From NCBI GenBank assembly GCA_964621445.1, contig CAZUNO010000024.1, positions 1-44,332 on the forward strand: a stretch of DNA of 44,332 nucleotides. Reading direction: 5' to 3'. The translations under genes and the position numbers were made by a program. Each line of letters starts with the position of its first letter. Positions within the stretch are counted from its first letter, which is position 1. Under the pieces are notes generated by a model. It saw nothing but the letters and a program-made list of their open reading frames with translations, did no database searches and was not told the DNA's origin. Positions 18,434-26,764 of this stretch are shown in pieces. The DNA comes from Candidatus Hadarchaeota archaeon. GTDB lineage: Archaea; CAYQAE01; CAYVLA01.

Positions 18434-19025
18434 AGCTAAATACCTTCTGGAGTTCCTTTGCAGCGAGCTCGGCGTTTTGGAAGGGATATTCTTCCACATC
18501 CCGGTCCTGGAAGACCTTTAGAGTCGCCCCGGAGATGGCACAATAGGCTACCGCATAGGACCGGTTAAGGTCCTGCTGCAATGCTATTGTTTCCGTCTCT
18601 TCCTGATCTCTCTTGGCCCTTACCCCGCGCTGCCTATCACGGTTTCGCCTCTCAACAATGGCACCAGGATTTACTTCCCTTAGAAATATCGAGTCAGGGC
18701 TAAGCTTCCGGAGTACCTCAAAGGGGAGTCCAGGGAAATAGCCGGCGGGCGAAGCGATAGTACAATGGGTATCAACTATCACGTTCTCCCCTAGCTTCTC
18801 GATCTCCGAGGAAAGAGCTTCAGCCGCTTTCTTCTGCATCTTCCTGGACCTTTCGATGCTTATCTTCTTTCGCATTTCGTCCCGGTCCTTCACCAAACCT
18901 GATTCGGTGGCAATTCGGAACATGAAATCGCCGAAGTTCAGAACATCGACATCCATTTCCTTCCTGAGGAATTCAATTACCTTTCCTTTTCCACAGCCAG
19001 GGACACCGGTGAGAACAACTATCAA
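18426..19025 (-). CDS. adkA: Archaeal adenylate kinase
   Basis: TGVPGCGK P-loop, NFGDFM, RDEMRK, IVDTH..I.SP.GY.PGLP. Confidence 0.92.
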   Translation of the reverse strand: MIVVLTGVPGCGKGKVIEFLRKEMDVDVLNFGDFMFRIATESGLVKDRDEMRKKISIERSRKMQKKAAEALSSEIEKLGENVIVDTHCTIASPAGYFPGLPFEVLRKLSPDSIFLREVNPGAIVERRNRDRQRGVRAKRDQEETETIALQQDLNRSYAVAYCAISGATLKVFQDRDVEEYPFQNAELAAKELQKVFSFI

Positions 19026-19186
19026 TCATCTACACCTTTGCTCTCCGCTAGGGACCGACCGTATAAATGTGATCAGGGTACAGGGTGCAGATCCCGCCTG
19101 AAAAGATACTCAAACTGAAGGGGTTCTCTTCAAGTAATGTTTATATGTGGTAAACCCATATCGATAAACCCCTCCCCATTCCGTAG

Positions 19187-19426
19187 GTGAAATGGTTGCG
19201 AAGACCGCTTGTGACCATCTATTTGGTATTGATCGGTGTCTTTCTATTAGTTGCAGCGCCATTCTTCGCCATTTTGGCCTGGCAGATGATAGTTACCAGG
19301 CAGCTAAACGTACTGGACAATATTTTCTTGGTGATCATAATATTTTGCTTTCCCCTAGTGCTGATCCTCGCCTGGACTCTGCTTCGACCCCAGTTCAAGG
19401 AAATAATGCGAAGGGGAGGACTTTAG
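19187..19426 (+). CDS. Small two-TM membrane protein
   Basis: 79 aa with two clear hydrophobic helices and basic ends; TATA-like TTTATAT near 19140; directly upstream of queC on the same strand. Confidence 0.65.
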   Translation: MKWLRRPLVTIYLVLIGVFLLVAAPFFAILAWQMIVTRQLNVLDNIFLVIIIFCFPLVLILAWTLLRPQFKEIMRRGGL

Positions 19427-19480
19427 GGACGTATTTCAAGGAATTTCTTTTAGGGAAAAGAGAATTATACTATTTCGGCC

Positions 19481-20203
19481 TTGGAGATAGGCGTGGTTGA
19501 CAACTTGAAGAAAAGGGGACTTATGTTACTGTCGGGGGGCTTGGACTCCACGGCTGCCCTGTGGTGGGCTTTGGATGGAAACTATGAGGGTGTAAAAGCC
19601 CTGACTTTCAGATATGGGTCAAAGGAGGAAAGGGTATCGATCCACTGTGCATACCAGATCGCTAACCGTGCCCGGATAGGTCATGATGTTATTAATCTCG
19701 ACATATTGAGTACCCTAGCTCGGGGCAAGAGCTCGCTTATGGAGGGAGGGAGTTCAATCCCTGAGGGTATGGGAACCACGAGTTCAGTTTGGGTCCCAGC
19801 TCGTAATCTGGTAATGCTGTCGGTCGCCTCCTCGTTTGCCGAGGGGCTTTCCAATGCCGTGGATATCATAGTTGGCTTTGATGAACAGGAAGCCAGGACC
19901 TTTCCCGATAACTCCAGGCGCTTCGTGAGGAATTTTAACAAAACTTTATCGGATGCCGTCCTTGAGAAGGAAATCAAGGTCGTTGCTCCTCTGATTGACA
20001 TGGATAAGAAGGAGATAGTTCGAACTGCACAGCGAATGGGTGCTCCAATCGAACTGAGTTGTTCCTGTTATAGACCAAGGGGATTCATAAACCATCGGCC
20101 CGTTCATTGTGGTAGCTGCCAGAGCTGTATCTTGAGGCATAGGGGATTCCTGGATGCAGGAGTTAAGGATCCCACCGATTACGAGGTGGAGCCAGGTGAG
20201 TGA
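19481..20203 (+). CDS. queC: 7-cyano-7-deazaguanine (preQ0) synthase
   Basis: LSGGLDS PP-loop, VWVPARN, FPDNS, APLI...K..IV, SCY...HCGSCQSC.LR..GF zinc site; no GAT fusion. Confidence 0.96.
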   Translation: MEIGVVDNLKKRGLMLLSGGLDSTAALWWALDGNYEGVKALTFRYGSKEERVSIHCAYQIANRARIGHDVINLDILSTLARGKSSLMEGGSSIPEGMGTTSSVWVPARNLVMLSVASSFAEGLSNAVDIIVGFDEQEARTFPDNSRRFVRNFNKTLSDAVLEKEIKVVAPLIDMDKKEIVRTAQRMGAPIELSCSCYRPRGFINHRPVHCGSCQSCILRHRGFLDAGVKDPTDYEVEPGE

Positions 20204-20999
20204 AGAGGGCTACCTGTGGAGCATCTTCTCGAGTTACCAGGGTGAGGGGGGTTCGGTTGCGGGAAGCTGTCTTGGGAAGAGGCAGATCTTCGTCCGGTTT
20301 TCGGGCTGTAATCTAGCCCAAGGATCTATGGGGACCAGGGGGTGCATATATTGTGACACCCCCGAATCGAATGACCAGAAGGCGTCTTTTGTCAGGTTTC
20401 AGCAGATCCCGGGCTCCAAGGAATTCGAAAAGCTGGAAAATCCGTTGAATGCGGAGGAGGCGAGCCGGGTTATTCAAGGACTGAAAACCAGTGATCTGCA
20501 TTCGGTGAGCTTGACGGGAGGGGAGCCCCTATTTCAGCCCCGGTTCTTAGCCGAGCTGGCGCGGGAGCTAAATGGGAAAGGAATGAGAACCTACCTGGAG
20601 ACTAATGGCTCGCTACCCCAGAACCTGGGGGTCGTATCCAAGCATATCGATTTTGCCTGTGTCGATGTCAAGGATAGATCCGCCAAGGCGGCCGAGGACT
20701 GGAATCATCTGATTGACAGGGAACTCGAATCAATAGGAATATTGAGCGAGTCGGGAGCGAAAGTATTTGGTAAGCTGGTGGTAACTAGCCAAACGAGACC
20801 GGAGGACGCGGGAATGGTAGCTAGTGCTCTTTCGGAACTGGATTGCCCTCTCAACATTCAGGTGGTGACGCCGGTGAAGGGGGTGAAGAGACCTTCTCAG
20901 GGACTGATCTTTTCGCTTACCGAGGCCGCATCGAAGCATTTACAACCGGAACTGATCAGTATCTCCGTTCAGATTCATAAGGAACTGGGTCTTCCTTAG
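20196..20999 (+). CDS. queE: 7-carboxy-7-deazaguanine synthase (radical SAM) with CX11CX2C motif
   Basis: IFSS.QGEG, RQIFVRFSGCNL...CIYCDT, VSLTGGEPL, YLETNG, Q.HK. Start GTG 20196 overlaps the queC stop. Confidence 0.93.
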   Translation: MSEEGYLWSIFSSYQGEGGSVAGSCLGKRQIFVRFSGCNLAQGSMGTRGCIYCDTPESNDQKASFVRFQQIPGSKEFEKLENPLNAEEASRVIQGLKTSDLHSVSLTGGEPLFQPRFLAELARELNGKGMRTYLETNGSLPQNLGVVSKHIDFACVDVKDRSAKAAEDWNHLIDRELESIGILSESGAKVFGKLVVTSQTRPEDAGMVASALSELDCPLNIQVVTPVKGVKRPSQGLIFSLTEAASKHLQPELISISVQIHKELGLP

Positions 21000-21008
21000 G
21001 CGATTTTC

Positions 21009-21800
21009 TTGAAGGAGAAACAGACACAGGATCGGAAGCCAAAGATAATGGAAAGAATTGACAGAGTTGGTGTGGAGAATGTGCGCACTCATCTAAAGAT
21101 TGAGAGAGATGGCACGACTCTGTTCCACCTGCCGCTACTTGATGTTGCCATAGACCTGAAGGAGGACAAGAAGGGCATCCACATGTCCCGGATCATTGAA
21201 ACCATAAACGAGGTGGTTTCAAGAAGGCACTCGGATCCAAGTCTAGAAAAGGTGGGCTATGACATACTGCGAGGGATAGCCAGGCGACATGAATACCTGA
21301 GGGGCGAAGCAACGATAAGGACCCATCTCCTGGTGCCCCGGACTACCCCGGCCTCGAAAAAGCGTACTTATGAGGACTACGACGTTACCGTTAAGGTCAC
21401 CAAGGATGGGAAATTCCGGAAATATCTGGAGGTCAAGGCCATTGGAAATACTCTATGCCCACATAGTTTGGTTTTGACCGGAGGGAAATCACATATCCAG
21501 CGGGCAGAGCTGGTCTTTGGCATAGATACCGATTTTGAAAAGGACGTGGAGCTGACCGAAATGGCAGACATCTGTGATTCATGTTTTTCCAGCCCTACGT
21601 ACATGGTGGTAAAGGGCGAGGATGAGGAGTACCTGGTGGAGCAGATGTTTGCAAATCCCAAGTTCGTTGAGGACCTGGCTCGTGACTGCCTTATAAAATC
21701 CAGAAAACTTGGAGTGAAAGGCAAGGTAAGGATACGTGCACGGAGTTTCGAGTCCATACATAAACATGACGCGTTTTGCGAGATAGAGAGGGAGATATAG
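21009..21800 (+). CDS. folE2: GTP cyclohydrolase, FolE2/MptA (GCYH-IB/IV) family
   Basis: TQD, RVGV, KGIHMSR, TLCP, H.QR, K..DE...V...F.NPKFVEDLAR, ESIH.HDA. Confidence 0.93.
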   Translation: MKEKQTQDRKPKIMERIDRVGVENVRTHLKIERDGTTLFHLPLLDVAIDLKEDKKGIHMSRIIETINEVVSRRHSDPSLEKVGYDILRGIARRHEYLRGEATIRTHLLVPRTTPASKKRTYEDYDVTVKVTKDGKFRKYLEVKAIGNTLCPHSLVLTGGKSHIQRAELVFGIDTDFEKDVELTEMADICDSCFSSPTYMVVKGEDEEYLVEQMFANPKFVEDLARDCLIKSRKLGVKGKVRIRARSFESIHKHDAFCEIEREI

Positions 21801-22438
21801 TGGAGGGGGAGGCCATAAAGCACCAGGTCAAGGGAGCAATGTTTCCAATCAAGATATTTGAGTGGAACAAGGAACACAAATACGTGGGGGAGGAGATAAC
21901 CCATCTCTGGTTCTCCAATATCGTAGGCGCCGAGGCCTATGGGAACATAGTCTTCATCTGGCGGGGTCCAATGGATGTGACGCTGGAGAATGTGAAGGAC
22001 CAGACCGAGAGGGTTGAATGGAAAGCCGGAACAAGGATAAGAGGGCCGGATCTGTATCATGTGGTGGCCGATTTCCCACAAATAGCAGGGGACCTAAAGT
22101 TAATGTACGCCTTTCAGAGCATGCTAGCAAAGGATTTGGCACTGGGGTTATGTTCACGAGGTCTAGATCCGGAAGTTAAAGGAAGCGATATTTTCATAGA
22201 AGGTGAAAAGCTGAATGTTGGAGTTTGCACCTCCACGGCCAACTCATGCAATATGCATTTCGGGGTGAACGTTACCCTGAATGGGGAACCCAGCATTCCC
22301 GTTGGTGTAAGGGCTTCAAGCCTTACGAAAGTTCTTGGACAGGATGCGGACGCCTCCATGGCCCTAATGCGAGAGGTTATTATCAGCTGGGCTGAAAGCC
22401 TGGAAAATCTGGTTCGCAAGAGCTACAAAACGGTATAG
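21800..22438 (+). CDS. DUF366-family protein (biotin/lipoate ligase-like fold)
   Basis: Y.G.EI...W, WRGPMDV.LE...D, I.G.D..H....F, DLKL.Y..Q.ML, KGSDIFIEGEKLNVGV, HFGVNV, P.GV.A.SL match the DUF366 pattern. GTG start overlaps the folE2 TAG. Confidence 0.8.
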   Translation: MEGEAIKHQVKGAMFPIKIFEWNKEHKYVGEEITHLWFSNIVGAEAYGNIVFIWRGPMDVTLENVKDQTERVEWKAGTRIRGPDLYHVVADFPQIAGDLKLMYAFQSMLAKDLALGLCSRGLDPEVKGSDIFIEGEKLNVGVCTSTANSCNMHFGVNVTLNGEPSIPVGVRASSLTKVLGQDADASMALMREVIISWAESLENLVRKSYKTV

Positions 22439-22906
22439 GTGGCAAACTTGTTCTCTGTTAGCGTGGATAAAAGCCGTTTGAAATTCAGCGCAGCCCACTT
22501 CCTGGTCAGCCATGAGAAATGTGGAAGGCTGCACGGACATAATTACAGAGTGAGGGTCGGCGTGAAAGGGGACCTGGACGAGAAGGGGATGCTTGTGGAT
22601 TTCGGGTCCTTAACCGATAAGACTTGGGAAGTTTGCCAGGAGATGGACCAGAAGGTTATAGTCCCTTCCCTAAATCCGGACATGGCCATATCGCGGGGCG
22701 GTGAGGAGATCCGGGTCCTGCTTCCCGATCGGGAATACGTGTTGCCAAAATCCGACGTTCTTGAGATTCCAGTCAGGTCGGCCACGGCCGAGGAGCTGGC
22801 AGCCTACATCTTTAGGCGCGTAAATGAGGGCATTGGAGGGCTTGATTTCGTCGAGATCGAGGAAACGAGAGGATCGGCGGCCCGGTTCGAACCCGGGAAG
22901 GATTAG
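22439..22906 (+). CDS. queD: 6-carboxy-5,6,7,8-tetrahydropterin synthase
   Basis: FSAAHFL, CGRLHGHNY, GML.DF, TAEELA.YI, EET.G..A. Confidence 0.94.
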   Translation: MANLFSVSVDKSRLKFSAAHFLVSHEKCGRLHGHNYRVRVGVKGDLDEKGMLVDFGSLTDKTWEVCQEMDQKVIVPSLNPDMAISRGGEEIRVLLPDREYVLPKSDVLEIPVRSATAEELAAYIFRRVNEGIGGLDFVEIEETRGSAARFEPGKD

Positions 22907-23700
22907 ATATGAAATAGCTTCTCGGCGTTTCGTCCCAGGATGTTTAGCTTCTGGCTACTCTTGATATCCGCATATACCACCTTACCGACCTGGGGATTTG
23001 GATCCAGAAAAGGCATATCAGATCCGAAGAGAATCCTCTTTGACCCCAGGGAATCGACCATGCTCTCGATAAGCCCGAATGTCTTTGAGCCACAGGTCTC
23101 GAGGTATATATTCTGATGGAACGAGGCGGTTTCAATTGCCTCTTCAACACCTTTGGGGGTTCCACCGGAGTGGACAAGAACGAAATCGGTTCCCGGATAA
23201 TCCGAGGCCAGTTCACCGTAGATTTCGGGGTTGCAGCGTTTATCCCCCTCCCAGGTGTGAGTGGTAACTGGTAGGTCATTTTTGCCCGACGCCTCATAGA
23301 TCCACCTGTAAATCTCCCCGTCGGCCGGGTAGTCATGGAGAGATGGATGGAGCTTGACCCCCTTCATCCTGGGGGAGGACGACATCTTGTTGAACTCCTC
23401 CCGAGCGAGTTCCGGGTAATTAGGGTTAATACCTATGGCCCCCCAGAAGCGACCCGGGTATCTCCTGGCTGAGCTCTCCGCGGTCCTATTCCCGCGCTGG
23501 AAACCTGGCCCTATGGATATCAGCGGGGCAATTATGGCCGAATCTATGCCAACGGCGTCCATGGAGACCAGCATTCCCTTCGCGTCTCCGTAAGGTACGT
23601 GGAAGTTCCAGTAAGGCCCCATGTGTGCATGCGAATCTACAATTTTGATATCGGAAAGGGTGCAACCCGAGTTGGTCTTGGATATTAGTTCCTTAGTCAA
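22903..23700 (-). CDS. Amidohydrolase-2 family metallo-hydrolase
   Basis: IVDSHAH, GVKLHP, HT, LVHSGG, NIYLET, RILFGSD.P, ILG.NA..LF. Confidence 0.9.
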   Translation of the reverse strand: MTKELISKTNSGCTLSDIKIVDSHAHMGPYWNFHVPYGDAKGMLVSMDAVGIDSAIIAPLISIGPGFQRGNRTAESSARRYPGRFWGAIGINPNYPELAREEFNKMSSSPRMKGVKLHPSLHDYPADGEIYRWIYEASGKNDLPVTTHTWEGDKRCNPEIYGELASDYPGTDFVLVHSGGTPKGVEEAIETASFHQNIYLETCGSKTFGLIESMVDSLGSKRILFGSDMPFLDPNPQVGKVVYADIKSSQKLNILGRNAEKLFHI

Positions 23701-24443
23701 TCCCGTATTCCCTCGATTAGTCTATTGAGATTCCCGCCCAAGATTTTGGACTTTTCCTCCCCCGATATCTGGGCATAACGTATGGCCATGGCCATGGGTC
23801 CCGGAGCAAATTCAGGACTCCTGCTTCCGAAAAGTAAACGGGAAGAGCCGAACCTCTTGCATAAGGTCTCTATTCCTCGATGGTTTTGATAGAAAGATGT
23901 CTCCAGGTGGAGATTCCGGTTCCGACTTAGGAGGGGGAAGAGAAAACGATTCACTCTGTAGTTCACGTTGGAGAGGACAATCGGTAACTCGGGATGGGAT
24001 TGGCAGACGGCATTTATGTGCTCCGGGTCGGTCTGATCCAGGTCGACCAATATAGGCATACGGTGGGCCTCCATGGTACTCAGCAGCTCGCCACAGCACC
24101 ATTCAACTAGCGGGAACCTGTGATCCTTTGGGAAAAGACGACCCATTACCACCTTTTTGGCAACCATTTCTTGAAGGATTTCCTCGGGAGGCTTTAACTC
24201 TCGTGTGGCGGGAGGTAGTAGGACCCAGGTCGGAAGTAGCCTCGGTCTCCCGGATATCTCCTCCATCAGCTTTTTATTGCCGATCCGGGGATCATGTTCT
24301 TTGGCCCAGGCGTGGTAAACAACGGTGGCGTTTATTTCCGCCTTATCCATTTGTCCCTTTACTGCCTCGGGAGTTAATGGTCCCCTTGCACCGGGTACGG
24401 TCTCCTTTCCTATCCTGCAGTTACAATCTATCTTGGAGTACAA
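23697..24443 (-). CDS. Amidohydrolase-2-like protein with degenerate metal site
   Basis: Same fold pattern (N.HLETS, RLLFGS..P, ILGGNL.RL) but DCNC replaces DxHxH and GSR replaces GSD. Confidence 0.85.
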   Translation of the reverse strand: MYSKIDCNCRIGKETVPGARGPLTPEAVKGQMDKAEINATVVYHAWAKEHDPRIGNKKLMEEISGRPRLLPTWVLLPPATRELKPPEEILQEMVAKKVVMGRLFPKDHRFPLVEWCCGELLSTMEAHRMPILVDLDQTDPEHINAVCQSHPELPIVLSNVNYRVNRFLFPLLSRNRNLHLETSFYQNHRGIETLCKRFGSSRLLFGSRSPEFAPGPMAMAIRYAQISGEEKSKILGGNLNRLIEGIRD

Positions 24444-24484
24444 GTATCCAGAGGGGTGAGATGGGCCCTGAAATCTGTTTGCAC

Positions 24485-24700
24485 CTAGCTACTTGAGCGG
24501 TTCATGAGCCCTTTCCAGGTCTTAATTAGCAGAGGCGCGGAGACGATCAATCCATAGGCCAGGAAGGCCAATCCAAAGAGATGTCCGCTGGCTATAACAT
24601 ACAGAGAATAGGGGATTACCAGGAATAAGGCGAGATATGAGCAGGGGGCACAACCGCGCAGTTTGCAGCTAGAGGTACATTGGTTTTTGGTTTCATTCAA
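24485..24700 (-). CDS. Small two-TM membrane protein with N-terminal Cys cluster
   Basis: CTSSCKLRGCAPC followed by two hydrophobic helices; 14 bp downstream of the thioredoxin gene. Confidence 0.6.
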   Translation of the reverse strand: MNETKNQCTSSCKLRGCAPCSYLALFLVIPYSLYVIASGHLFGLAFLAYGLIVSAPLLIKTWKGLMNRSSS

Positions 24701-24714
24701 TTCTATCGGCCCTT

Positions 24715-25059
24715 CTAACTGTCCAACATGTTCATTATCTTGGATTTTAATTGGCTCTTTCTTGTTACCCCCACTATTCGATCCGCGGGCTGTCCATCCT
24801 TGAAGAATAGAAATGTGGGAACACCGGCAACGGAAAACCGGGAGGCGGTCTGCGGTGCTTTGTCCACGTTAACTCTTCCCATTACTACTGAGCCATCTAA
24901 TTCAGAGGATAGGGATTCAAATACGGGTCCCATCATTCTGCAGGGCATACACCAGTCGGCATAGAAATCCAAAACCGCTACGCCATTATCTGGAACTGCT
25001 TTCTCGAAGTTCGAGTCATCTATATCCTTTATCCTCAATTTTGGCACCTGTTTGTGCAA
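24715..25059 (-). CDS. trxA: Thioredoxin
   Basis: DFYADWCMPC, NVD, GVPT..FFKDG. Confidence 0.93.
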   Translation of the reverse strand: MHKQVPKLRIKDIDDSNFEKAVPDNGVAVLDFYADWCMPCRMMGPVFESLSSELDGSVVMGRVNVDKAPQTASRFSVAGVPTFLFFKDGQPADRIVGVTRKSQLKSKIMNMLDS

Positions 25060-25125
25060 TGATTATGCACAAACACTTAAAAATGTTGATTCTAAACTTT
25101 CGAATGACAATCTAGGATACGGCAA

Positions 25126-25503
25126 TCAAGATTCAAAGATCTGGTCAGCGGAGTTTATTGCTTCAAGATGTTCCTCGTACCAGCACTCCAGCCGTTCGGT
25201 CAATCTCTTTCGAATATCTATCATGGATGCGGGCGAGTAAAGAAAATAGCGTCCCCTTTTTGGTCCCTCACAACACTTGGCCTCTCTCTCCACCAGCTTC
25301 CTGTCATTTAGAGCATTCAAGGCCCGTTGGACCGTCGACCTGTCCTTATTCAGGATTTCTGAGAGGTTTCGGACCCTTAACTTCCCACTTTTACATAAGT
25401 GGGCAAGGCATCGTATCTCGGTATCATTGAGTTCGAATACAATCTCCAGAACCGATCTTATCTTGCCATTGCAGATTCCGCCCTCTGATGAATAATTAGC
25501 CAC
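25126..25503 (-). CDS. Archaeal winged-HTH transcriptional regulator (COG3355/TrmB-like)
   Basis: FELN.TE, L.KDRSTVQRAL..L....LV.RE, G.YFLY.P; start uncertain (GTG 25503 chosen). Confidence 0.85.
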   Translation of the reverse strand: MANYSSEGGICNGKIRSVLEIVFELNDTEIRCLAHLCKSGKLRVRNLSEILNKDRSTVQRALNALNDRKLVEREAKCCEGPKRGRYFLYSPASMIDIRKRLTERLECWYEEHLEAINSADQIFES

Positions 25504-25564
25504 GATTATGCACGGCCTGGCAAATTCAAATATCTTGGGGGCCAGGAACACAAATAGGAGGGAA

Positions 25565-25951
25565 TCAGCGACCCGACATTGGAGCTCTCTCGTCCGTTAG
25601 GCATAGCAGGTAGGAATACATACGCACCGCGAATCTCTGATAACCCAGGATAAATTCCCATAGGCCTCTATTCCTTCTACCCAAAACCAGAATGTGGAGC
25701 CAGAGAACCACAAATGCCAAGCCAGCTGCCAAAGACCAAAAATAGAAAACTATCAACAGCACGATGCCGTAGAAGATTCTGATAATTAGTTCGGTTCGTT
25801 TGGATTTCTCCTGGTAATCGGCATCCAGACGGATGGGGTAGGTTATGAACTGCTGTCCCTCAGCAGGGGCGACAGGCCTACCGCAGTATCTGCAGAACGA
25901 GAAATCGTCGGGAATATTCTTTCCGCAGTACCGGCAGTACGTCTGACTCAC
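25565..25951 (-). CDS. Zinc-ribbon + DUF4389-like membrane protein
   Basis: CRYCG..IP....FCRYCG double ribbon; YP......Y.E...R..L..R, W..IL..GRR..GL..F..GY.R...R..SY...LTDE.P. SD GAGGTG before GTG 25951. Confidence 0.8.
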   Translation of the reverse strand: MSQTYCRYCGKNIPDDFSFCRYCGRPVAPAEGQQFITYPIRLDADYQEKSKRTELIIRIFYGIVLLIVFYFWSLAAGLAFVVLWLHILVLGRRNRGLWEFILGYQRFAVRMYSYLLCLTDERAPMSGR

Positions 25952-26098
25952 CACCTCTGGACATGAAGGACATTGATAAAAATCTATCGTGAAGGGGGAC
26001 GGGGCTTTGTTACGATTCTCTGTGAGGGAAACAAGATCCCGCTGGACCATTTGTGAACAGTTAAATAGCGCTTAAGCCGATTCCTACCAAGTGATTAG

Positions 26099-26764
26099 AT
26101 GACCAAGAAGATGATTTTCACCATAACTATTGCCATGATAGTGGCCTCACTAACCCTTGGGTGCGTGAAAACCGATGTGGATATGACCGTTCATGAAAAT
26201 GGCTCGATGACCGCATCCTTCACCATGGGTATGCAGGAGATGTATTGGAACATGAGTGGGGGTATGAACTCGACCTTTGGCAATTTCAGTTTCTTTGGAA
26301 ATGAAACTGAATTGACTGAGAACGCTACCGAGGTTTGGAAGGAGAATGGTTGGGTATATGTTAGAACCGAGGGAATTAGGGTTCCCGAGGAGAACATGAG
26401 CTTGGAGATAGATCAATATCCAAGCTACACGGAATATGTAATCCGGGCCAATATGACTGATGTTGACGATACACCGGATGAGGGTGGGGACATTGGGTAT
26501 AATCTCAGCGATCCCATGGTTCGTGGCATGCTTGAAAGCATGACCTTCGACTTTTCCATCAATATGCCGGGGGAGATAGTGGACCATAACGCCCATGACG
26601 TGGCAAACGGAAGGGCTACCTGGAACTACAACGGCATTACCATGGAGAACGCCACTACCCTGTATGCTAAATCACATTACTATGGAATGCCAGAGGGATT
26701 GACCCTCCTATTTGCCATTGTCACGGGCGGCTTAATGGTTGTAAGAAAGTCTAGATCAGGCTGA
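26099..26764 (+). CDS. LppM-like surface protein with lipobox-like signal and C-terminal anchor
   Basis: Signal ending LTLG-C, CVKTDVDMTV.ENGS, FSINMPGEIV.HNA...G.ATW; tail MPEG-TM-RKSR; many N-glycosylation sequons. Confidence 0.7.
   Translation: MTKKMIFTITIAMIVASLTLGCVKTDVDMTVHENGSMTASFTMGMQEMYWNMSGGMNSTFGNFSFFGNETELTENATEVWKENGWVYVRTEGIRVPEENMSLEIDQYPSYTEYVIRANMTDVDDTPDEGGDIGYNLSDPMVRGMLESMTFDFSINMPGEIVDHNAHDVANGRATWNYNGITMENATTLYAKSHYYGMPEGLTLLFAIVTGGLMVVRKSRSG

Noticed and set aside
21377-22081. 234-aa minus-strand ORF
   Set aside because: Antisense shadow of folE2 and DUF366 with no recognisable motifs.
19481-22906. que cluster as a dpd-type DNA 7-deazaguanine modification or defence island
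   Set aside because: No dpdA/tgt-like, dpdB-K, nuclease or mobility genes nearby, and the flanks are housekeeping; tRNA archaeosine precursor supply is simpler.
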